The notes below the pieces were generated by a model. That model searched no databases. It was not told the DNA's origin and worked only from the letters and a program-made list of their open reading frames with translations. From IMG/VR virus record IMGVR_UViG_3300045988_059940, positions 1 through 64,000 of that record: 64,000 nucleotides of DNA, one strand, 5' to 3'. The position numbers and the translations under genes were made by a program. The DNA is from a virus. Shown piece after piece: positions 1 through 13,600 of this stretch (the first letter of the stretch is position 1; each line of letters opens with the position of its first letter).

Positions 1-3000
1 GTTCTAAAATGTTGATTTTCTAAGAAGTCAACAAGTGCTTCACATGTATCTCTGATTTCCAACCTCTAATTGTATCTACAAGACATTTTTATATACCTTT
101 GTAACATACCTATTAAATCCGCAGAAATCTGTGACGGATTTTCTAGCTACCTGGTATAATATTGTGGTATAATACCAAATTGTCTTCCGTCTGGGTATTT
201 ACCAACGGCCATAGTATGTGTATCTGTGGTATTACCTTCTGAATCTACGTTATCTGCTGCTTCGCCAGAACCTAAGTTTAAATAGTCTTGTGGAGCAATA
301 TTGATACCAACGGATTCTTTCAGATATTCTTTTGTTATTTCTAACTTTTGCCCAATTGGCTGACGTTTTATACGCCTATAAAGAGTACCAGTCTCCTATG
401 GCATAAGATATTTATCTGAATATTGACGGTTTGTCTGCTTAGCGTTAGCAAATTCCATTATCTCTAAACATGCTTCATAAAGTGCATTTAATCTAGGATT
501 TTTCTTTATTTTATTATATTGTTTAGAGTTATCGTATACATTATGTTTAGGTAATTCCGACCTACCAGTTCCATCTTCATGAAAGTTTTTATTCAATAAA
601 GCATTATCTTCTGTCTTCTCAATCCAATATTGATTTGGTTGATATTCCATGTATTTTTCTTTATCTATTGCCTAAGCTTTCTATAACCATTTATACGGGG
701 AAAATTCTTCCAATAGTGTAATGTAATTCACATTAATATTACCATACCCATATAACATAGCTTGATATAGGTTATAATCATTATCTGCTGCTTCCCACAA
801 CTTTGTCTATAAGTCTTTGTAATAATCAGTATCTACAAATTCTATAAACTTAGAAAATACTTCTTTATATTTATCACTTAGATTTTTTAAAGATTTAGAT
901 TCTGATATTTTTTTCCTACGAATTTGATACATTTGTTCATATATCTAATTTAGCAGGTTTTTAACAGACTCTGGCATCAATTCATTGTTGACTTCACCGT
1001 TTGGTGATTTAAATGGTTTTAACAGCTAATCTGAACGCTCTTTTAGGTTATTATATTCTTCACCATAGTCAATATTCTATGCATGCATGATGCGTTCTAT
1101 TTCTTTAAATACAATAGCGTCTCCGTTTTCATCTTTTTTGAATACCAGCTGTGAATTACGAGAGTTCCACTTGTTAAATGTAACTTCGTCAAACTCATTA
1201 TCTTCGCCTCGTTGCCATTTAGAAAATTCGGTCTTTCCACCACACTGTTCTATAATTGCATCAAATGCTACTTGCCAATCTTTTGTGTTTTTTGTGACGG
1301 ATTTCTTAGGGTCTTGACCGTGTTTTTTTCTAATGTTATCTAAGTCTACACGCAACTATTGAAGTTGTTTAGCTATTTCATACTCAACAGTACCTTCTAT
1401 CTTTTTATTTCCAAAGAAATCATAATCAGAGTAAAGTAGTTGTTTATTTCTCCTTAGCTTTTCTAATTGTTCAAAATCATCATCTGATAGTTTGTCAAGA
1501 TGAATATTGCCATTTTCATCTTTTATACCAGGTTTATTTAATATTGAGTTTATAGCCTCATTGTGTGATGATAATGCTTCCTTTGTAAAATAATCAACCT
1601 TTGCCCATGCGTCATAATATTCATCTATAAACTTTCTATCTGTATGTTTCTTTTTCCAATCGTTTCTTAACTTCTACCACTCTTTAAATGCTTCACTGTT
1701 TTCTTTTGGTGGAACACGATTGTCATCTTCAAGTTTTAGATTGTATTTTTTATTAATAGCTCTATTTACTTCTAAGACGTTTGCTTTATCAGCTTTTTGA
1801 AAATTACCATAATTTAACTAAGCAACAAATCTACCAGTTGGTAGACCGTCTTCATCTAATTCATATAAATCCTACAAGCTTTCACCTACCTACAAATCCG
1901 CTGCAAGTTTAGATAATTTTAACATTTTTTCACTCGCTTCAATATCTGCATCATGATTTGCTTTTGTTACAAGATGTGCTATAATACGAACTATTTCATT
2001 TGCAGAAGAGTCGGCAGAGCCTAAATATTGCTCTAAAAAACTAACATCGTCATCTAAGAATTGTTCAGTAGAGTTTATTTTATCTATATAATCCAATAAT
2101 GCTACTGAGTTAGTTTTATCTGCTACTTTCTCTAATTCCGAAATAACAAGTCGCTTCAATAGAATATTCAATGTAGATATACCAGTTGTTGTTACTGATA
2201 CCAATCTTTGTACATCTTGGTGTATTTCTTGCAGGTCTTCGTTTGTTATAGGTTCAGAATCTTTTACTTTGTCTTTGAAGTCTTGAATTATATCTTTACG
2301 ATTTGATACGTTTTTTAATAATTCATCTAATGTTTTAGCTACCTCATTGTACATTCCAATGTTACTGTGCATCTAAAACATATATTCCTTAGAGTCTATT
2401 GTTTTGCCACTCTCGTTAATTTCATCAAATTTATCAAGCTGGTCCAATATATCTGGTATGACCTACTGTAATATAGAAGTTATTGCATGATATTTACTAA
2501 CTGTGGAGCTGTTTAACATTTCTATCTAACTACGAGTAGCATTTAGTTCTTTTATCTTTTCGCTTTGTTCAAGTGATGATGTACGAATGGCATTAACTCT
2601 AATACCAAGCATGTTAGATATTGACTCAAATGATACTGTACGAACATCTTTTAGATTACGTTTTTCAGAAAATGACTTTAAATTATTACGTTCTATATTC
2701 TTTTGTGTACGTATATATTTTAGCTATTCATATACAGCTTGTGTTAATACTGTATTATAATCCAAATGATTTAGAGTAGGCAATAGGCCGTTCTTAGAAA
2801 TAATAGATTTAGAATCATTTTTTTCTGGCTAAGAGTCTAAAAAGTGTAAAAATTTTTTCTGCGCTGCCTTTATTTTTTCTTCTGTTGTGTTGAACACATT
2901 TTTATTTACTAAGAATTTAGTAAGAGAGTTTACGAAATGTTTAATTGTTGATAATAAAGAATTATCTTTATTTAACAAACCAAGTATTTCTGTTCTAATA

Positions 3001-4682
3001 GAATCATCTGTGATGAACATTGCTGCAAATTCTTTTTCATTAGATAGCGCATAAGCAACGTCATCAGAATCAAGCTGTCTGTATTTGTTAAATAGTTTTT
3101 TAGCTTTATTTGTCAACTTGTTTATAGATTTAGCAAATACACGTTCCTCTTTTGTTTTAGGATTATTTAGAGCATTTACAGTTAAAGCATGTATAATCTC
3201 ATGAAGTATCACTGTTGTGACATATCTGTGAGATAAACCTTTTAGCTATTTTTCATCAAGAATAATTATACTACTATCTTCTGTTGTAATTGTTTCTGCT
3301 AATTTTCCAAACGGTAAGTTACCAAATTTAACTGGTATATCATGTTTAATAAGTATCTCTATTAACTCACGTTGAGACTATGATATAGCACTATTGGATA
3401 ATATATCATTTAATATATCAGAAGAACTTACAGCAGAACCACTAGATAGTGCATTAAAATTATTACCAAGAAGGCTTGAACTTTCACCAACAGGTGTGAA
3501 TTGATTTATCGGCATTTGCCCTTCTTCGAATACAGTATTCAATATATCATTGTCGTTTTCATCTCTTGACACACTTACAGATTTGATATTTTTATCACTA
3601 TATGGCTATTCGATAAATCCTATCTTATTTTGTAAATCAAATATTGTATCCACAATAGGTTTAATTTGTTCATAAGAACTTTTAGGTTCAAAGCCAAGTA
3701 ACGTCAGTATATAATTCCAAATATGTTCAAACGCTGACTTAAATTTGTCAGATTCAATTGACGGTATTGTGTGCAACAATTCTGCAAATTCTGGATTAGA
3801 TACAAATTCAGCAATAAATTCATGCGCATTTGTAAATCCATATATACTTTTAGATGACTTTTGTTCTTCTTTATCATTAGACATAGATTCTTCAAGCAGC
3901 GATATATATTTATCAATGGATTTTTCCATGTTTTCATCTGCGTATAAAGCACGAGATGTTGCAGCGTGTACAAGTTCATGTAAAAGTACCTATAATCCAT
4001 TTTTAATATTTATACCATCTCTAATGAAGACAACACCAGTATTATCACCAGGATAATAAAACCCAAACAAATTGGTATTTTCTGCAAAATCAAACTTAGT
4101 TTTATATACACTAATATCACCATTATTCTGAAAATACTTGTATATTTTGTTTATATATTCTTTTGTAGTATTATCTTCTGTCAAAGCCTACAATTGTTTT
4201 AACAACGCCATAGCAGAATACGGTTTGCCACTCTTTGTAATAAGACTATCTAAATCCTGATTGGCTATTATTTTAGCGGCGTCTTTATGTATAGATTTAA
4301 GAATAGATTTATTGTTACCTTTATTTAATTCAGTATTGCTTTTAGATGTTTCTTTTCCACGTATTAATACATCAGACCAAGGTTCTCCTTCGCTTGTGAA
4401 GAAATCTTTTGTATCATCAAATTTACCATCACCACTAAACCACTTTTTAAAACTATTTTTATAGATATTTGATTTTAGACGTATTGCATTAACAATATTA
4501 CCTTGTGTTAGTTCGAGTAAATTTTTAAATAATACAGACTCAGCCCCATTCGGGGCTTTGTCTATACTATTCCCATTATTAGCCGACCATATATGATAGG
4601 CAGCTTTTTCACTTGTAGCGTTTTTTAATTCTTCAAATTCCCTTGCTACTTCGGGATTACTAAAATTAGGACATGCTATCAT
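1..4682 (-). CDS. Giant virion/ejected-type protein, N-terminal >1,560 codons only (ORF runs off the left edge); two zincin-like HExxH modules; TAG read as sense
   Basis: ATG at 4680-4682, with an in-frame TAA upstream at 4707-4709. The 8 track fragments 396..4682 share one frame. I read every gap and 1..395 codon by codon and found 24 in-frame TAG (e.g. 4188, 3990, 3606, 3378, 2829, 1890, 1077, 396, 147, 66) and zero TAA/TGA. The frame is still open at position 1. HELVH at 3966-3980 and HEIIH at 3189-3203. Confidence 0.75.
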
Positions 4683-4696
4683 AATATAATCGTTTA

Positions 4697-7600
4697 TTAT
4701 TCTCCTTTACAGTGTTTCATTGCTTCTTCATCAAATTCACTATCGTCGAATATCATCGGCTACTCTGTAATCTGCGTTTCGTTTACATCTGCTTCAACCT
4801 AATCGGTAACTTCGCTATATGTAGCACCACTAGATAATAACGATGACAATCCACCAAGTTGTGTACTTTGAATTTTTTTCACAGTATTTTCAACAGTTTC
4901 TTGCTTTGGTAAATTTGGTATTGATTCAATTGATTCTACAACTTGTGTTTGTTCAGCAAGATTGTCGGCCAATTGTTGTAATTGTTCGACTTCATTAGTT
5001 GAAGTATTAGGCTGTTTTCTAGTTGCATTGAGCTTTTTCAATAGTGTACGCAACTTCTTATTCTTAGATGAAATATCTTTCGATATAAATAATACTTTAT
5101 CTATTACGTCAAAAAGGTTTCCGTTTCTAGAAGAAGCATATACAATACCATTTGCAACATACTGTTTACCTTCTCTAATAGAAGCGTCTAATCGTTTTAT
5201 TTCTATACCACCAACTACAAGCTTTTGTAATAAGTCATTAATGAAATTATTCATCTTTATTGACCTTACAGCAGATTCTGCATAACCTGGTTTATTTAAT
5301 AGTTCTTTTTTTGCTGTTAATTGCTCATCTTTATTATCAGAATCTTCTATTAATTTTGCAAATTCATCCAATTGCTATTTTATAAACAAGTCAACTTCTT
5401 CTTTTGTAACATCAATCATGTAATCTGCCAAATCTGTCGTAATATGAATACGTGCAGGCTCTGTTGTTATATTTTGAATCTTAGATATAATATCTTCACC
5501 ATTCATAGATATATTAACAGTTTTATTTGCATGACGCTTATTTACATTTGTAGGTTCTTTGCTATTTGTAATATTAATAATTACGTCAGCCTGTGCTTGG
5601 CCACTTGTTTCTGGTTTATCTTTTGCACTAGACAGCCTTACTGTTCCAACCTTAGATGCCTATTCAACAGATGGCTTAAATACATCAAAGTTTGAAGAAC
5701 GCCTAGTTACTGGAATTTCGCCAGAATACTTTATTTCAAGCGTATATTTACCTTTTTTGTATCGTTCTACAACTTCATCTATCTTTTTACGAACAAGGTT
5801 TTCTGCTGCGTCACGTGGCAGTAGATTGTCTTCATAAATAGATGGAGTTTCGTCATTTACATATAACTCATACATATTAACTCTACCGATTCTAATACCA
5901 GCCTTTTGCACCATAATATAAATATTATGAGGTGCGGCAATAGTCAGTTTATCAGAACCTTCTTTTACATACGTACGTGTAATTTCTCCTATTTGTTTAT
6001 ACAAGAACGTAGTGCCATTCTTTCGTATTTTTATATATGGTTGACTATAATCTGTTGTAGTAAATGCAATAGGAAACTAGCTGTTACTATCTTTATCGTA
6101 AGTAGAACCAATTCGTACAGTACCGTTGGATTGTAAACCTCCATCTTTCTACATAGAAAGATATGCTGGTGATACAATAGAATCATCGTACCAATAGTTT
6201 CTAGAAATAGTATCTATTATAGCATCTACTGAACTATTTACAATATCTATATTAGACATTTCATCAGAAACAGTAGTGTTTAAGATAGCAGATAATGCTT
6301 GCGATTTATTCTTAGAACCATTTGACCTAATTAAAGCACGCTTTAATGATGTATCATACTGTCTACGTAGAGAATATGGTACAAGTTCAAAAAATGAATT
6401 TACAACATTTTGGTCATATGACGAATAATATGCATAAAAAGCTAAATCTTCTGCCAGATGTCTTATAGAATCATCTTCTGAGACTAATAATTGATTAAAT
6501 GCAGTAACTAATTTACGTTTTGTGTTACTTGTTGTATTCATCTAAGATTGTGCTAAGATAAATCTTCCAACTTTATATTTTTTAGTTTCAGTTGCCGTTT
6601 GTAAGAAGTTTAATAGTTCATTGGTAATGTCACCATTATCGTCAACTAAACCTTCGTATTTTGGATTGTCCCAATTTTTTCGAAGATTATCTTTTAGTTC
6701 AGCTACTCTCCTAAATATATCTTTTTGTTCACTAGTTCCATAAATTAAATCACGCATTCTTTGCATAACAGCATTTCTATCTCCGTTCATTGTAAAGTCT
6801 AACGGGGAAATACCAAATCTGTCGACAACATCATCAAACATACCTGCACCATAATTAGCAAGAGCATTGTATCTCATAATGTTATCTAGTGCATTTGTCA
6901 TATTTTTAATTAGATTTTTATCATAATTTTTATTATAAACCTATATTTCTCCATTGCCAGTATTTACAATAGAACTACCGAAAAACTTAATCATTGTTGC
7001 TTTAAATATATCTTCAAATATATCTGTGGCTGTAAATAGTTGCGTTTTAAGGATGTCTTTTGTATAACCAGTGGCCTTCATTAATTTATCATGTAAGAAT
7101 GTTTTATCAAAATACTCAGCAAGTGCCATTCTTGATTCAGCATCTCTATCTAACGTGTTATTGTTTTTCTTTGGTACTTTTTCTTTAAATTCAGAGTTAT
7201 TAATTGTAAATAATGTCTATGAATATCTAAATTTTGAATATGTATTTTTATAATCAATTTGTGTAGCAATGGTATTACCAAACTTTTTGGTATCAATACG
7301 TGAGTTACTAACAAGTTCTGATAAAGCTGTTGCGTATTTGTCCATATCTTCTAACGCTTTTATAGCTTTTAATTGGAATATTAAGCTATTAGCTACTTTA
7401 ACTAAATTAGAAGATGTATTATCACGAATTGACTATTTACCTAAATCTATGTCAAATACCTCTGTTTTATTATACTCAAATTTTGGTACATCTTCGCCAT
7501 ATTTCTGCCTTATTTGATAATTAGACATTGTCATAGTTTCAAAATAATTTGCAGCTGCAATTATGGTGGCACGTTGTTCTTCTGTAAATAGTTCACTATT

Positions 7601-10600
7601 TTTAGTTATCATTCCACGTAATCTGGAAACAGTTCTATTTACAACTTTTTTCAGGGCTTCTTTTCGTGCAGAAGTATAGTTATTAGAACTTTCATAATCT
7701 TCATCTAAATTCTTACCATATATACCGCCTCCATTATTTACTAAGTTTGCATAATCTTTTAATAACGGTTGAGCAAGTAGTGTAAACGTAGATAGACCTT
7801 TTCCTGCTCTTAATAAGAAGTTAGTATATTTATATGTAAATTTATTTACATTCAAACTAAATACGTATGGGTCTTTTGCTACGTCTACATTGGCGTTTAC
7901 CATAGCAGAAAGCCAGTCAGAAATTCTATTATCGTCTTGTCCATATATTGCATCTAAATCGCCAAAATCATAACCACCTTTGCCTATTGCATCTTTTCCG
8001 TAATTAAATGTAAGATGTGAATATTGAGTTAAAGCTAAGTTTGTAATGTTTAATGCAAATGGGCCAATACCAGATTTACCAGATGAAAACTCTTGTTTAC
8101 GCAAAGACTGGAATGATGGTAACAATTGGTCCATACCACCAATGTATCCTTTTCTTTTCTCTGTCAATACTGGTTTAACTAACTCGTCCTATAACATTGA
8201 AGTAATAACGTCGATAGAACCCCTAGCATTAGAATAGTTTTTATCGTCAGATATTAAGTCAATATAATGTTGTAACAACGTATTAGCATACCCGCTTGCT
8301 TCAAAGTCTTCATCACCCTCTTGTATTTTTTCACCATTATTATATGCAAGAGTTGCTATATAAAGTTTATCTACGTCAAAGTCAGAACCAGTTTGTGCTG
8401 TAAATTCTCTTGGTACAATAATTAAGTCACCAGCTTGTTCTGGTAATATATCTGCAACATGCATTGCAATCATTGAAGATACACCCTGTGTTGGTATACG
8501 ATAGGCTACACCAAATGGTTTTGCGTTGTCACCAATAATATTATTATCTAACAACCATTGGCGCATTGTGTTATAATCAGTCTGATATTCTTTTGGTACA
8601 ACAGATTTGAAGAAATTAGCACTCAATAACACTTCCGTAGAACCGTCAGCTCTGTGCCACTTCAATTCACGACCGTTATTAAATGAAGTATATCCTTCGT
8701 CTGTGATAACATCAGCGTCACCAGCAAATCCAAATACAGACTGCTGAATTGCAGTACCACCGTTAGTGTTAATATCAATAACCTCTGCATTTACAATAGA
8801 AGATATACTGTTTTCAAATACAGTACGTGATGTAAGTCCCGCTGCAACTCCACCTTGTTCAAATATACTTTCGGCAATAGCTCCAAGACCATTACTACTT
8901 ACAACTGATTTTACAAAACGTTTAACCTCTTCTTTGTCTAATTTTCCGTCTTTATAAAACCTTGCAGATATTTTAGATGCTCCTAGTTCTGTAAGTTTAT
9001 TGATGCAGCGCATAATATCAGCCCTGATTTCAGCACCTGTTTTTGGAGTAACTCCATCACGATTTAGACCATATAATTCAGAATCTTCTATGTTAGAGAA
9101 TGCTAATTTAAACATCTACGTACCAATAGCACGCTCTTCCGATTCGTGCGCATGAGTGTTTAACTGCATACGTAAATATCTTAAATCCTAAACTTCTATT
9201 GGTAGTGTATTTATGTCATCAGTAACCCTTGTGATGTCCGAACTGTAATCAATACTAGTATTACTATTTAGGTTAAACTTTTCGTTTAGTTTTGATAAAA
9301 CATTTTCAGTAGTATCTCCGCCAGCAGGAACAAAGCTTTTCTACACAGGACCAACCTTTACAGCAGATTTGAATGAAATCATATCAAGCTCATTGTCCTA
9401 TTTATTCATCCTATCATATAAAGCTTTACCAACAGATGTAGAACGTTGATATTTAAATATTGGGAAAATAGCTTGCTTATTTAGGACATTTAGGTTGATA
9501 TTTGTATTTTTAGAAAGCCGTTTTGGATTATTGTGAACATATGACATTTTTAATGGATATGCCTGAAATCTCTTAACCATTGCTGCTTTTTCTGAATCCA
9601 TCATCCATTCACCATTCTCATCGTTTTCGATAATCTAATATGCAATTTCATCACTATATCCACTTTCGTCTGGGTCAAAAGTCCATTCGCCAAGTCCAAT
9701 GCGAATCTTACGATATAATGCAGGCCTAATGAATACCTATGCATCACAAACATTTATACCTTTATATGGATTTGTCTATAACTATAATTTCGCCTTAATT
9801 ACATCTTTTTGAGTTTGAGACAAGGCATTAAATAGTTCATTAAATACTTCTTTATTAAAATAAACTTCATTTATAAGATTTTGAACAGTTGTATTTCGCT
9901 TTGTTAAAACATCATTAAGTCTTTCATATTTGCCAGTTCTAATTAAGTCTACAAGCAACTGAACTTTAAAGTTTTCTTCAATTTCTTTTAGATATGTAGA
10001 TGCTATTTCTATATCTTCTACAACAAGGTTAGTATATTTTGTAGAACCTAATGTTGGGTCCATTTTTAACTCATTTTCCGAATATTGTACCCTTATTCTA
10101 GCACCTGGTGACAATGAAGAACCTAAACGTTTAATTTTATCAGAATAAACATCATCCCAGTTTTTAACCTCAAATGTTTCGTCTACAACATATCCATTTT
10201 TCTCCTACTGAATGTGTACTTTACTTGTAGAAGAACCGTATTTTTCTTTATATAACGCTGGGTCACCTGTAAATATCTTTTCCACCTCTATTGTAGATAT
10301 TATTGAGTTTACAGTATGATTAGCTATTAAAGAGAATGTAGCATGTGTTATAGCATCTTCATTATCATATGCAGAATCAGTTTCTGTTATATTGTTTTCA
10401 CCAAGAGTAGTAATGTATTTATCTAACATGTGTTCTGGTAGCCCAATCGGTAGATATGAATCTGTTGACCTGTTGTATTTTACTAAATTTAAAGGTCCAT
10501 CTTTTGATAATTTATCCAACTCCTAGTATGTCTTTTTTATAAGCTAACTATTAACATTATCTAATAGTTCATTTGACATACTGCTTCCAGAAATACACCT

Positions 10601-13600
10601 GTTCTTCAAATTCTCTAAGTATTCACGAATTAGTTCAAATCCATCAAGATTATCGGAACGCTCTGGTATGAAGTCTATATTGATGTTCTCATAAATGTTA
10701 TCTCCACTTGCAGATTTATTTTTAGCTTTACCAGCTTCTATTTTTTTCTACAATTGAAACAGTGCATCTAAGTGTTGATTTAAATTTGCTCCATTTTCAT
10801 CAAATACATCATACATATATCTAAATAGTCCACCATTTCCACCAAACTACATTCTTCCATTTTCTACTTTACCGTGAAAGTTAGCAAGTCTACTGTTTGG
10901 TGATTTTACAATCGTCTATATGTGTTCTTTACTGTAATACTATATAAGAGAATTTAATTCGTCCATAAAATATCCAGCAAAAATATTCAATGTTCTTGAT
11001 GAAAATCTATTATAACCAACATGTTCATTGGTCAACTGTTGAGTTTCTTCTTGTGCTTTCTTCTCTATATCTTGCCTCAATTGAGACTGTTCGTCTAATG
11101 AATAAAACCAATTTCTTGCCTTTTTTCTCCATTGATATTTATTCTCTCCCTCCTCAATTGGATGTTCTTTACCAAATTCATCATAAATGTATTTATTTAT
11201 AATGCTACGTACAGGACCGCAGAGTATTGTATCGTGAGAAAGCTAGATATTTGGCGACTTGAAAGAATACCAAGTTTTCTTATCAGCCATCGTTGGTAGA
11301 ATTATATTATCTAATTCAGTCATTGTCATCTTAGCTATATAATCTTCCATTGGAGTTATACCAAAATAATCTGCTCCGACCTAATTGTTTGCATCTTCTA
11401 TACCAACAAAAGCATTAATTTTAATCCATGTATTATGGTTTTTAATGTCCGCTTTACTAGCAGCACCAGCTAACAGCGAATGTCTACAATATGGAGATTT
11501 CTGCATTTCTCGTAAAAACTTCTTATCTTGTTGCATTTCTACAATACGGTCAGTTAAGAAGTTATTTTGACCAACTGGATATAATGTTTCTCCGTTAGCT
11601 CCCCTAACGCTAAATTCAGCAGAAGCTGGGTGTACAGAGTTCCAAGCAATTGCTAATTTTGCAACATCTGATGTTTCAGGATAATTGTTAAATATTTCAT
11701 CAATCTGACGCTCTTTACTTCTTCCATAGGTAATTAGTACGTCTTTGTTTGAAGACTTAATAAGTTGACCTATGATAGAACCTAAACCACCAGTAGAGTT
11801 TTCTGTAAGCAATCCTTTTAATCTATCAATTTGTTGAATTGGCGATACAGCATCATCATTTGCTAATAACATATCCAAAGAACCATTGTCTGCCTAAATT
11901 CCTAACATATTTAAAAGCTGAATAACTCTTGCTCTAAATCCATCTTCTCCAAATAATAATTTAGTAGCCTTCTAATTACTTAGCTGTGCTGTATTCTTAT
12001 TTTTTTGGTTTTGTGAATATTTAGATAATTCGTTTTTCAGAGGAATATATACTTTTTGTAATGATTCTATAAACTTAGGATTAACAACAACATTTCCACT
12101 GTTTTTGTCAAACATAGACATTCCATTTGTCATTAGTGTTTGTGACCAACGTCTTGGTATATTTCTAAAAGCTTTTAGTGCATTGCTGTCATTCAGAGTC
12201 CAAACTCTATATTTATCATCAACCACACCTAAATCTTCTTCATAATCAAAATTTTCAAGCTATATAGACAATGGGTCGTATGAATCCTGTGCACTTCGTT
12301 TTGGGTCGTTCAACTAAACCTTAGCAACCTATGGTTTACTTGAATTGATTGTTGAGAAAATCTAACTCCTAAGTTCTATATCGCCATGTTCTCCGTCATT
12401 ACTTAATTGCTATATTTTATCATATACTGCTGCAAAGAACCAATCTGTTTTAGCAAGATTCTATATCATACCCATCATTGATGTTTCTAGGTATCTTCCT
12501 TTCTTATCAACAGCATCTAGTGACTACGCAGTATATAAATTTTCCAATAGTTTGTTCCACACCTCATCAAACGGAACACTCATTGGCGAACCATATTTAT
12601 CTAACATCTATACATCATCGTATGTACCGTCTCCGTTCCATTCACGTTTCATTTGTGGTATAGACCTAAAAAACATTTTAGCTCTGACTGCTGCACCATC
12701 TTTCTTAGATAATGATAAATCATATATATCCCATACATTGTCTGGATGGTTCTCTTTATCAGTAGCATCGTCAGCTATTGGTTCTCCGTCTTTCTGTATT
12801 TGTTCACGCTTCTTCATCTTTACTCGTATTCCTAAATCTGAAAATGCTTCCGCAACAGCGTGACGCATAACTTCTGGATTCTTTTTTAACACATTCAAGA
12901 TGTCTATTATCTAATCGTCAGATGCCATGTCTAACATATCATCAATTGTGTCGTTTATGATATTCGACTTCTTTGATATTAATTGTCTCATGGCCTTTAC
13001 GGTCGATATGTCTTGTGTTTGAATGATTCTATTAACAACAGCTTCCATTGCTTCAAATACCTATTGGTGGCTAGTAATTGATTCAATACTAGTTATTGTA
13101 TCACTAGCTCCCAATACATCATAATTTATAGCAAATGCACCATTTTGATATGCTTTAACAAACTGTTTTGTAGAATTAGAGTCTAGTTTTTTGGATGCGT
13201 ATTTACCACTTTCGATGTTCTTAAATGCTTGTCTATATTCTCTACGATTACTAAATAGTGATACTACAAAGTCTAAGATGTCATTAAATAATTTTTTAAT
13301 CTTACCAGACATAGATTTATCATATGCACCTTCCATGTACATTCTAAAATCTTCTGCCATAGCTTCTTCTACTTCTTTTATTGTAACATCTTTTTTATTT
13401 AGCTAAGGATGTGATTTGACATAAGACCTATAAATATCTTCACGTGTTTTGCTGTCGTGCATAAGTAAGTTAACATAATGCCATGCTTCATGATAATGTA
13501 GACCACTTCCACCATCTTCTGATAGTTGAATCATTCCTACCATTTCGCCAGCTATTTTATCAACAACTACTTGTGTTACACCAAACACTTCTACTCCATC

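Noticed and set aside
3704-4000. Alternative-frame minus-strand ORFs (3704..4000, 17134..17373, 17515..17790, 35237..35425, 40536..40742, 42363..42617).
   Set aside because: Each overlaps a longer gene whose frame carries recognisable motifs or continuity. Their translations are low-complexity (K/N/L/I-rich) as expected from off-frame AT-rich sequence.
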